Source: Patescibacteria group bacterium | GTDB lineage: Bacteria; Patescibacteriota; Minisyncoccia; Phycocordibacterales; UBA9973 | Assembly (NCBI GenBank): GCA_038063915.1 | Contig: JBBTUE010000004.1 | Coordinates: 1-36,718 of the forward strand | DNA length: 36,718 nt | Direction: 5' to 3' | Part shown: in pieces, positions 17,298 to 24,719 of the stretch | Numbering within the stretch: position 1 is the first letter of the stretch | Layout of the letters: each line of letters begins with the position of its first letter | Program-made: the position numbers and the translations under genes | The notes under the pieces: generated by a model | The model's database searches: none | What the model saw: the letters and a program-made list of their open reading frames with translations, nothing else | What the model was told of the DNA's origin: nothing

Positions 17298-17543
17298 ATG
17301 GAAACAAAAATAAAAAAACTAAATAAAATATTGAAAGGGGTAGTTGTATCAGACAAGATGAACAAGACTATCGTAGTCGAAGTTACACGCTTTGTAGAGC
17401 ACCCAAAATATGGCAAGCGTGTGAAGAAGACAAAGAAATACAAAGCCCATGATGAGAATAATAGTAAAAAAGTTGGTGATATGGTCCAAATCGAAGAGAC
17501 CAAGCCAATTTCAAAAGATAAACATTTTAAAGTATTAGCTTAA
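17298..17543 (+). CDS. rpsQ: 30S ribosomal protein S17
   Basis: [31 protein letters not shown]. Confidence 0.98.
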   Translation: METKIKKLNKILKGVVVSDKMNKTIVVEVTRFVEHPKYGKRVKKTKKYKAHDENNSKKVGDMVQIEETKPISKDKHFKVLA

Positions 17544-17550
17544 AAATTAT

Positions 17551-17922
17551 ATGATACAAGATGGAACAGTAGTAAATATCACAGATAACGCCGGCGGAAA
17601 GGTAGGTAAAGTTTTCAAGGTGCTCGGCTCATCCAAGCGTCGCTATGCTGGGATTGGTGATAAGGTCATCATCTCGGTTAAAATTGCTGAACCTCGCAAG
17701 GGCGTGAAGAAAAAGGATGTCCATCAAGCAGTCGTTGTCCGCACCGTAAAGGCTTATCGCCGAGCCGATGGATCTTATATTCGATTTGATGACAATGCTG
17801 TTGTAATATTAGAAAAAGATAAGATGGATCCAAAAGGTGGTCGTGTCTTCGGTCCTATTCCTCGCGAGCTTGCAGAGCGTGGATATCAGAAGATTATTTC
17901 TCTTGCCCAAGAAGTCATTTAG
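17551..17922 (+). CDS. rplN: 50S ribosomal protein L14
   Basis: DNAG, AVVVRT, DGSYIRFDDNAVV, RVFGPIPREL. Confidence 0.98.
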   Translation: MIQDGTVVNITDNAGGKVGKVFKVLGSSKRRYAGIGDKVIISVKIAEPRKGVKKKDVHQAVVVRTVKAYRRADGSYIRFDDNAVVILEKDKMDPKGGRVFGPIPRELAERGYQKIISLAQEVI

Positions 17923-17936
17923 CTATATTTATTTTT

Positions 17937-18152
17937 ATGAAAATCAAAAAAGGAGACAATGTAATAGTGATTGCCGGTGCAAACAAAGGCAAGAAAGGCA
18001 AAGTAATCAAATCAATCCCAAGTGAAAACAAGGTGGTGATTGAAGGTGTAAATATGATGAAGAAATCTCGCAAGGCTCAGAAGAAAAGTGAGCAGAGTCA
18101 GATTCTAGAGATTGCAATGCCTATACATGTATCGAATGTTGCGAAACATTAA
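17937..18152 (+). CDS. rplX: 50S ribosomal protein L24 (short, 71 aa)
   Basis: IKKGDNVIVIAG.NKGKKGKV KOW motif; PIHVSNV; lacks the usual C-terminal segment. Confidence 0.95.
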   Translation: MKIKKGDNVIVIAGANKGKKGKVIKSIPSENKVVIEGVNMMKKSRKAQKKSEQSQILEIAMPIHVSNVAKH

Positions 18153-18156
18153 TTAA

Positions 18157-18176
18157 CCTGCCTGCCGGCAGGCAGG
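18157..18176. repeat. Perfect 20-bp palindrome CCTGCCTGCCGGCAGGCAGG
   Basis: Self-complementary, GC-rich, in an AT-rich rplX-rplE spacer; second copy at 5512-5531. Confidence 0.9.
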
Positions 18177-18189
18177 AATATATAAAAAT

Positions 18190-18729
18190 ATGGAAACAGT
18201 CAAACAAAAAGAAAAGAAAGCATTTAGTACTCTCAAGAGTAAATATCATTACAAAGGTTCTATGGCCGCGCCTCATCTAGTGAAAGTTGTGGTTGCTTCA
18301 GGTACAGGATCAGGAATAAAGCGCGACAAAGATCGCAATAAATTTGTCATGGAACGCTTGGCAAAGATTACAGGACAAAAGCCAGCAACTCGTGGTGCAA
18401 AGAAATCTGTTGCGACTTTCAAAATCCGTCTAGGCGACCCTATCGGTGTCCTTGTGACACTCCGTGGTGCGCGCATGTATGGATTCCTAGATAAACTCAT
18501 TAATGTAGCTATCCCTCGCACGAAAGACTTCCGTGGCATTGAGCGTAAAATTGTAGATGATATAGGTAATCTGACTATGAGTATAAAGGAGCACACGATC
18601 TTCCCAGAGACAGGGGATGAAGACATAAAAGATCTCTTTGGCCTTGCAGTCACTATAGTGACAACAGCAAAAACAAAAGCGGAAGCCACCGAATTCTTCG
18701 AACTTATCGGAATTCCATTCAAGAAATAG
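18190..18729 (+). CDS. rplE: 50S ribosomal protein L5
   Basis: ITGQKP, AKKSVATFKIR.G.PIG, VTLRG, PRTKDFRG, IFPE. Confidence 0.98.
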   Translation: METVKQKEKKAFSTLKSKYHYKGSMAAPHLVKVVVASGTGSGIKRDKDRNKFVMERLAKITGQKPATRGAKKSVATFKIRLGDPIGVLVTLRGARMYGFLDKLINVAIPRTKDFRGIERKIVDDIGNLTMSIKEHTIFPETGDEDIKDLFGLAVTIVTTAKTKAEATEFFELIGIPFKK

Positions 18730-18741
18730 GTTTACTCAACG

Positions 18742-18763
18742 AAATCCCCGAAAGGGGATTTTT
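18742..18763 (+). terminator. Terminator after rplE
   Basis: AAATCCCC-GAAA-GGGGATTTTT. Confidence 0.85.
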
Positions 18764-18766
18764 AGT

Positions 18767-18795
18767 TTGACAAAATATGTATTCTATAGTAGTTT
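18767..18795 (+). promoter_or_regulatory. Promoter for the orphan insert
   Basis: TTGACA-17 nt-TAGTTT. Confidence 0.55.
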
Positions 18796-18828
18796 AAATA
18801 AAAACAAACTCATCTTCAAAATAATTTT

Positions 18829-19299
18829 ATGGCAAACATAACGGTCAAAAACCCCTGGTATTTTAATTTTTTAAAAGAGATAGTATCTTCTGGAAAGTAC
18901 AAACTCTCTATTTTAGCCTACTTAGGAGAAGCTGGTTACATTCCATACAAGAAAAAAGACGATCTTTCTTCTGGGTCAACAAAGGGTCGTAGTTTAATTG
19001 AGGTCGATACGACCAAATTAAACCACTCAACCAAGTTTTTTTGGTTGGGTAACAGCCGAGTAGTTAAAAACCCAAAACCAAGACCAAGGCGGTGGTGGAA
19101 TAGGCTTGATTATTGGAGTGAATATACTGAGATTTCAGTTTCTGCCAATATTGAAGTTATTGGAGAAAATGCGTTAGAAGTTTGGGTGTACGGAGAAAAA
19201 CACCTCGAAGAAATAAAAACTTTTCTTGAAGGATTCAAATCCTTGGAAGAAATAGACGTAAAAATAGAATTACGTCAAACAAACTCAGTCGGTTACTGA
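18829..19299 (+). CDS. Hypothetical protein inserted between rplE and rpsN
   Basis: 156-aa ORF bracketed by its own promoter and terminator; no family recognised. Confidence 0.75.
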   Translation: MANITVKNPWYFNFLKEIVSSGKYKLSILAYLGEAGYIPYKKKDDLSSGSTKGRSLIEVDTTKLNHSTKFFWLGNSRVVKNPKPRPRRWWNRLDYWSEYTEISVSANIEVIGENALEVWVYGEKHLEEIKTFLEGFKSLEEIDVKIELRQTNSVGY

Positions 19300-19323
19300 G
19301 TTACAATAAAAAATTGTCACAGT

Positions 19324-19353
19324 AAAATTCCTGCCTACAAGCAGGAATTTTTT
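19324..19353 (+). terminator. Terminator after the orphan
   Basis: AAAATTCCTGC-CTACAA-GCAGGAATTTTTT. Confidence 0.85.
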
Positions 19354-19356
19354 CAT

Positions 19357-19385
19357 TTGACACCCATCAACCTATCTGCTACTAT
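19357..19385 (+). promoter_or_regulatory. Promoter re-initiating at rpsN
   Basis: TTGACA-17 nt-TACTAT with extended TGc. Confidence 0.75.
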
Positions 19386-19387
19386 AG

Positions 19388-19492
19388 GGGGACGTGAGAT
19401 GTAGATCCGTTCTTCTCCTTAAGGACCAAAGAAATCAAGGTTTTTAAGAAAAGGAACGAGATATCACACCTTGCGAAGGGGAATTTGTCCCC
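19388..19492 (+). ncRNA. Candidate structured leader RNA (three-way junction) of the rpsN-rpsH...secY unit
   Basis: GGGGAC/GTCCCC closing stem; long arm GTGA/TCAC, CGTTCTT/AGGAACG, CTTAAGGACC/GGTTTTTAAG; small CCTT/AAGG hairpin. Confidence 0.55.
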
Positions 19493-19504
19493 GTTTCATT
19501 ATAT

Positions 19505-19690
19505 ATGGCAAAAACATCAGTACTCGCAAGACATAAGAAGAAGTCAAAATTTTCAACCCGAGAGACAAATCGATGTTTTCGCTGTGGACGAGGTCGCTCG
19601 TATATGCGTGATTTCGGTCTTTGCCGTATCTGCTTCCGAGAACTAGCAAACGATGGAATGCTTCCGGGTGTTCGTAAATCTTCTTGGTAA
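19505..19690 (+). CDS. rpsN: 30S ribosomal protein S14, Zn-binding (C+) type
   Basis: RCFRCGR...[12 protein letters not shown]...PGVRKSSW, 61 aa. Confidence 0.98.
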   Translation: MAKTSVLARHKKKSKFSTRETNRCFRCGRGRSYMRDFGLCRICFRELANDGMLPGVRKSSW

Positions 19691-19699
19691 TCAAAATAT

Positions 19700-20086
19700 A
19701 TGGATCAAATCGCAAACATGATGAATATGATAAAGAATGCTAGTGTCGCAGAACACGAGTTTATTGCTGTACCTTATTCTAAAATAAAAGAGTCCATTGC
19801 CGAATGTCTAGTAAGAGAAGGATACCTTGCCTCTGTCACAAAGAAGACAAAGAAAAGTTTCCCAATACTTGAACTAGGCCTCGCATACAAAGATGGGACA
19901 CCAAAGGTCACAGGAGTAGAGCGTGTCTCAAAATCTTCTCGCCGTATATATAAAGGAGTAAAGGAAATCAAGCCTACTCGCAACGGTTTTGGAGTTATGG
20001 TTTTAACGACACCAAAAGGTATCCTTACAGACAAGCAAGCTCGCAAAGAAATGGTCGGAGGTGAAGTATTATTTAAACTTTGGTAA
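19700..20086 (+). CDS. rpsH: 30S ribosomal protein S8
   Basis: DQIANM, PYSKIK, EGYL, RVSK.SRRIY, TPKGILTD..AR...GGEVL. Confidence 0.98.
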   Translation: MDQIANMMNMIKNASVAEHEFIAVPYSKIKESIAECLVREGYLASVTKKTKKSFPILELGLAYKDGTPKVTGVERVSKSSRRIYKGVKEIKPTRNGFGVMVLTTPKGILTDKQARKEMVGGEVLFKLW

Positions 20087-20090
20087 TTAT

Positions 20091-20627
20091 ATGTCACGTA
20101 TAGGAAAACAAACAGTTATAATTCCAGCTGGTACAGAAGTTAAACTCTCTGGCACTGCTCTTTCCGTGAAAGGTCCAAAAGGTACACTTACTCGTGATTT
20201 TCCTGGTATGATTACAATTCACATTGAAGGATCAAATATAACTTTCACCCCAAATAAAGTTGGTGACCGCACAGTAAATGCTCTATGGGGAACTTATGCT
20301 TCACATGTAAAGAATATGATTGAAGGAGTAAATACAGGCTATACCAAGAGCCTAGTTCTCGAAGGAGTCGGGTTTAAATCTGACGTTGCTGGTACGACCC
20401 TCAACCTTGCCCTCGGATTTTCTCATCCTGTCAAAGTTGCAATACCGCAAGGTCTCTCTGTTACTGCAGAGAAAAATGTCATTGCAGTTTCAGGTATAGA
20501 CAAAGAACTTGTCGGCCAATTCACAGCATCTATCAGAGGTATGAAGAAGCCAGAGCCATATAAAGGTAAAGGATTCCACTATACTACTGAAGTTGTCCGT
20601 CGCAAGCAAGGCAAGAAAGCTGCATAA
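20091..20627 (+). CDS. rplF: 50S ribosomal protein L6
   Basis: MSRIGK, VKGPKG, GVGFK, LGFSHPV, PEPYKGKG; true start at 20091. Confidence 0.98.
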   Translation: MSRIGKQTVIIPAGTEVKLSGTALSVKGPKGTLTRDFPGMITIHIEGSNITFTPNKVGDRTVNALWGTYASHVKNMIEGVNTGYTKSLVLEGVGFKSDVAGTTLNLALGFSHPVKVAIPQGLSVTAEKNVIAVSGIDKELVGQFTASIRGMKKPEPYKGKGFHYTTEVVRRKQGKKAA

Positions 20628-20644
20628 TGATTTAATTTTATTAT

Positions 20645-20986
20645 ATGAACAAAAAATTAGAAAAAAGAATAAGATTAAAGAAAAAGATTCGCACAAAGAT
20701 TCTTGGCACTTCGGAGCGCCCACGCTTTTCAGTATTTCGTTCCAATCAATTCATCTATGCGCAGATTATTAATGATACAACAAGTAAAACTATAGTTTCT
20801 TCTTCTGATATGGGTATGAAGACTGGCACAAAGACAGAGCGCGGAGTTCAAGTGGGTGCAGATATTGCCAAGAAGGCAAACGCACAGAAAATAAAGAAAG
20901 TAATCTTTGATCGCAATGGATTTAAATACACAGGCCGTGTCAAAGCACTTGCAGATTCTGCGCGTGCTTCAGGATTAGAATTTTAA
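20645..20986 (+). CDS. rplR: 50S ribosomal protein L18
   Basis: GTSERPR.SVFRSN..IYAQII.D, FDRNGFKYTGRVKALA. Confidence 0.98.
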   Translation: MNKKLEKRIRLKKKIRTKILGTSERPRFSVFRSNQFIYAQIINDTTSKTIVSSSDMGMKTGTKTERGVQVGADIAKKANAQKIKKVIFDRNGFKYTGRVKALADSARASGLEF

Positions 20987-20990
20987 TTAT

Positions 20991-21632
20991 ATGGATACAA
21001 CAAAACCAAAAACAAATAGCACTAGAGGAAATAGTAACGGACCAAGACGTGAGAGTTCTGATCGTAAACCTCGCGCTCACTTTGAGAGACCAAAGCCAGA
21101 GTTTGATCAGAAGATGGTTTCTATTCGTCGCGTGACTCGTGTGGTAGCAGGGGGACGACGTATGACTTTCGCAGTAGCGCTAGCTATAGGCGATAAGAAG
21201 GGTTCAGTTGGCCTTGGTACTGGTAAGGGAGGGGATACTGCAGTTGCTATAGCAAAGGCTCTTCGTCAGGCAAAGAAGAATATGTTCAAAATTAAAACTA
21301 CCAAAGAGATGTCTATCCCCCACGAAGTTCACGACAAATTCTCAAGTGCAAGACTCTCTATAATGCCAAATCGTGGCAAAGGTTTAGTTGCTGGTAGTAC
21401 TGTGCGTGATATGCTCACCCTTGCTGGTATAAAGAATGTAACTGCAAAGCTTCACTCAGGTAGTAAAAACAAGCTAAACAATGCACGTTGCGCATATGCT
21501 GCACTATACCAACTAAAAGCGAAGTCCTCACTTCCAAAAATTGCTCAGGTTATAGCGATAGCTGAAGCTTCAGAAAAAGAAACAGTACCAGGTGTCGTAG
21601 TTGAAGAAGTAGAAGTAACTCTAGATAAATAA
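20991..21632 (+). CDS. rpsE: 30S ribosomal protein S5 with N- and C-terminal extensions
   Basis: RRVTRVVAGGRR, GDKKGSVGLG.GK, GLVAG..VR. Confidence 0.97.
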   Translation: MDTTKPKTNSTRGNSNGPRRESSDRKPRAHFERPKPEFDQKMVSIRRVTRVVAGGRRMTFAVALAIGDKKGSVGLGTGKGGDTAVAIAKALRQAKKNMFKIKTTKEMSIPHEVHDKFSSARLSIMPNRGKGLVAGSTVRDMLTLAGIKNVTAKLHSGSKNKLNNARCAYAALYQLKAKSSLPKIAQVIAIAEASEKETVPGVVVEEVEVTLDK

Positions 21633-21637
21633 ATTAT

Positions 21638-22078
21638 ATGCAATTACATACACTCAAAAGAGAAAATCCAAACAAAAAAGCACGACAAGTAGGCCGTGGT
21701 GGTACTCGTGGTAAGACTTCGGGCCGAGGTGGCAAGGGTCAGACAGCTCGCGCTGGTAACAAGCGTCGTCCACAGATGCGCGATATTATAAAGAAGCTTC
21801 CAAAGCTCCGCGGTTACCGTTTTAAATCTGCGAGGAATAAATCAGCTCCTGTAAATGTAGGAGCACTAAACGTATTCTCTAAAGGTGCAGTTGTAAACCC
21901 AGCGTCACTATTCTCTATGAGTTTAATTCGTAAATCTGGAGGGGTAGCTCCACATGTAAAGATACTCGGTACTGGAGACCTAAAAGTTAGCCTGTCTATT
22001 GAGAATTGTGAAGTATCAGCATCTGCTCGTGCTAAAATAGAGAAAGCAGGTGGTACTATAAAACCACAGCTTAAATAA
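21638..22078 (+). CDS. rplO: 50S ribosomal protein L15
   Basis: VGRG...GKTSGRGGKGQTAR, LPKLRG, VKILGTG, KIEKAGG. Confidence 0.97.
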   Translation: MQLHTLKRENPNKKARQVGRGGTRGKTSGRGGKGQTARAGNKRRPQMRDIIKKLPKLRGYRFKSARNKSAPVNVGALNVFSKGAVVNPASLFSMSLIRKSGGVAPHVKILGTGDLKVSLSIENCEVSASARAKIEKAGGTIKPQLK

Positions 22079-22080
22079 TT

Positions 22081-23352
22081 ATGGAAACTGTTTGGAATAA
22101 AATAAAAACAATATTCACAGATAAAACTCTAAGATCTAGGGTGCTTTTCGTACTCGGAGCACTCGTTGTGTTTCGATTGCTTTCAATTATTCCGATTCCA
22201 GGGATAGACAGATTGAAGCTCGATGCTTTTATAAGTAACAATCAATTCCTCGGAGTCCTAAATATATTCTCAGGTGGGGGACTTTCACATTTATCTATAC
22301 TTATGCTCGGTGTCGGTCCATACATCACTGGATCTATCATAATGCAACTACTGACTATCATGTCTCCAAGACTCAAAGCCATGTATCAAGAAGATGGAGA
22401 GATAGGACGCAAGAAATTTACACAGTTCTCTCGTATGCTCACAGTGCCCCTCGCAATAATTCAAGGCTTGAGTTTACTCATATTACTAAAGCGTCAAGGA
22501 ATTCTTGTAGATGTGACTCTATTTGATATGTTTGCCAATGTGTCAGTCGTTGTTGCTGGCTCTATGCTTATCATGTGGATAGGGGAACTCATATCTGAAT
22601 TTGGTATCGGCAATGGTGTCTCTCTTATAATATTTGCTGGTATCGTGGCTAGTATACCAAATGAAGTTTCCCAATTTTTATTTACTTTTGATATTGCCAA
22701 TCTTCCAACCTACTTGCTGTTCTTGGCCACAGGACTTTTGATTGTGGCCGGAGTTGTAGTAGTCACAGAAGCAGAGCGACCAATTCCAGTAACTTATGCC
22801 AAACAAATGCACGGAGATAGAGTTTCTGGGGGCACTCAGACATATCTCCCTCTTCGTGTAAACCAAGCTGGGGTTATACCTATTATTTTTGCTTTATCCA
22901 TTCTCCTATTCCCTCAACTCATTGGGAACTTCTTGGCTGGAAGTAGTAGTCATGTGCTCCTTAGTATTTCAAAAGGATTACTTTGGTTTGTGAATAATGT
23001 ATGGCTCTACTCGCTATTCTACTTTATATTTGTATTCCTATTTACATATTTCTATACCGCAGTTACTTTCGACCCAGATCAACTGGCTACAAATCTTCAA
23101 AAGAATGGCGCATTTATCCCAGGGATACGTCCAGGAGGGGCAACTCGTGAATATATTGCCAAGATTCTCAACCGCATAACCCTTATGGGGGCAGTATTCC
23201 TAGGTCTTATCGCAGTTCTACCTCTTATAATACGAGCTGTCACGGGTATCACTGCGTTTGCTATCGGGGGGACGGCCTTGCTCATCGTCGTCTCCGTCGT
23301 TCTTGACTTGATAAAGAAAGTCGAGGCTCAGCTCTCCATGAGAGAATATTAA
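22081..23352 (+). CDS. secY: Preprotein translocase subunit SecY
   Basis: LGVGPYITGSIIMQLL, GIGNGVSLIIFAGI, LPLRVNQAGVIPIIFA, FIPGIRPG, GGTALLIVV. Confidence 0.99.
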   Translation: METVWNKIKTIFTDKTLRSRVLFVLGALVVFRLLSIIPIPGIDRLKLDAFISNNQFLGVLNIFSGGGLSHLSILMLGVGPYITGSIIMQLLTIMSPRLKAMYQEDGEIGRKKFTQFSRMLTVPLAIIQGLSLLILLKRQGILVDVTLFDMFANVSVVVAGSMLIMWIGELISEFGIGNGVSLIIFAGIVASIPNEVSQFLFTFDIANLPTYLLFLATGLLIVAGVVVVTEAERPIPVTYAKQMHGDRVSGGTQTYLPLRVNQAGVIPIIFALSILLFPQLIGNFLAGSSSHVLLSISKGLLWFVNNVWLYSLFYFIFVFLFTYFYTAVTFDPDQLATNLQKNGAFIPGIRPGGATREYIAKILNRITLMGAVFLGLIAVLPLIIRAVTGITAFAIGGTALLIVVSVVLDLIKKVEAQLSMREY

Positions 23353-23381
23353 CCCTGTTGCTCCCGAGTGACGGGGTTTTT
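23351..23381 (+). terminator. Terminator after secY
   Basis: AACCCTGTTGCTC/GAGTGACGGGGTT stem with G-U pairs, then a T tract. Confidence 0.75.
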
Positions 23382-23415
23382 ATTTTATACGGTATTTAGT
23401 ATATAATATAAACAT

Positions 23416-24009
23416 ATGAATAAACCCTACACATTTCTTTTCTTTGGTATCGCTGGTTCCGGCAAAGGGACACAGATTGAGCTCCTGGAAAAATACATAA
23501 AAAGTAAAGATGCCACAGCGAGCTTTACTCTTGCTTATCCTGGGTCAGAGTTTCGTAAACTAATAGATAGTGGAAGCTATACTGGCCAACTCGTAAAGAC
23601 AACTCTTGAGCAAGGCTGGCTCCAACCAAACTTTCTATCAATAAGTCTATTTACGAATATTCTTGTCTCTTCACTTAAACCCGACACACATTTATCAGTA
23701 GATGGTTTCCCTCGCACTATTACTCAATCAGAAGTCTTTGAAGCAGCGATGGATTTCTACAAGAGGGAAGATATAAAAATTATTTATATAAAAGTTGAAA
23801 AAGAAGAAGCGATCAGACGCATGAAGCTTCGTGCCAGAACAGATGATACGGATGAGGGTATAGCTAAGCGTTTCGATGAATATGTGAATAACGTTGTCCC
23901 TTCCATGTATTACTTCAAAGATAAAAGCAACTATACTGTATGCACAATCAATGGTGAGCAATCAATAGAGGACGTTCATAAAGAAATAATTAAGACTCTT
24001 GGAATCTAA
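23416..24009 (+). CDS. adk: Adenylate kinase-family nucleoside monophosphate kinase (short, LID-less)
   Basis: GIAGSGKGTQ P-loop, DGFPRT..Q, R.DD....I..RF; canonical position after secY. Confidence 0.85.
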   Translation: MNKPYTFLFFGIAGSGKGTQIELLEKYIKSKDATASFTLAYPGSEFRKLIDSGSYTGQLVKTTLEQGWLQPNFLSISLFTNILVSSLKPDTHLSVDGFPRTITQSEVFEAAMDFYKREDIKIIYIKVEKEEAIRRMKLRARTDDTDEGIAKRFDEYVNNVVPSMYYFKDKSNYTVCTINGEQSIEDVHKEIIKTLGI

Positions 24010-24010
24010 T

Positions 24011-24697
24011 ATGGAATCACAGGATTACATCGTAATCTCACTCGGTGGATCTCTTATTGTGCCTGACCAAGTAGATGTAGAGTTCTTAAAAAGTTTTATT
24101 GATAATATAAAAAAATACGTTGACCAAGGTTTCCGGTTTGTAATTATAACTGGAGGGGGGCATACTGCACGTGCTTATATAAATGCATCGAAGTCGCTTA
24201 CAAATCCGAGTGTTACTGATCTTGACTGGATAGGTATTGCTATTACCCGAGTTAATGCAGAACTCTTGCGTGTAGCATTTGGTGGTATGTCTCACGACTC
24301 TATAATTATGGATCCTGATCAAATTCATAATACCGACAAGTCTGTACTTGTAGGTGCTGGCTGGAAACCAGGGAATTCTAGTGATCTTGCCGCTGTCCAT
24401 GCTGCCAAAAGCGTTGGAGCGAAGAAGGTGATAAATCTTTCAAACATCGACTATGCTTACGATAAAGACCCAAAAAAGTTTCCTGATGCGCAAATTATAA
24501 AAGAAAGTTCTTGGCCAGACTTCCGAGCCATTTTACCAAAAGAGTGGGGTCCAGGCCTCAATGCTCCATTTGATCCTATTGCAGCCAAGGAAGCTGAATC
24601 TCTAGGCCTTGAAGTGGTGATAATGAATGGCAAAAATATCGAAAATCTAAAAAAGTATCTAAACGGAGAGGAATTTATAGGGACTGTTATACATTAA
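24011..24697 (+). CDS. pyrH: UMP kinase, archaeal-type
   Basis: VISLGGSLI, GGG.TAR.Y, DWIGI..TR.NA.LL, PG.SSD, DPKKFPDA, PFDPIAAK. Confidence 0.93.
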   Translation: MESQDYIVISLGGSLIVPDQVDVEFLKSFIDNIKKYVDQGFRFVIITGGGHTARAYINASKSLTNPSVTDLDWIGIAITRVNAELLRVAFGGMSHDSIIMDPDQIHNTDKSVLVGAGWKPGNSSDLAAVHAAKSVGAKKVINLSNIDYAYDKDPKKFPDAQIIKESSWPDFRAILPKEWGPGLNAPFDPIAAKEAESLGLEVVIMNGKNIENLKKYLNGEEFIGTVIH

Positions 24698-24719
24698 AAT
24701 ACTAGAGTACAATAGATTC

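Noticed and set aside
9701-19356. Integron cassette array explaining the insulated inserts
   Set aside because: The hairpins are short terminator-type stems without RYYYAAC/GTTRRRY attC ends, and no integrase is present.
19464-19715. 83-aa minus-strand ORF and the many similar short ORFs in the track
   Set aside because: They are antisense or off-frame shadows of well-supported genes (here rpsN).
21625-21640. Absence of L30 between rpsE and rplO as a novelty
   Set aside because: This is an established CPR-wide trait; used only as a taxonomic clue.
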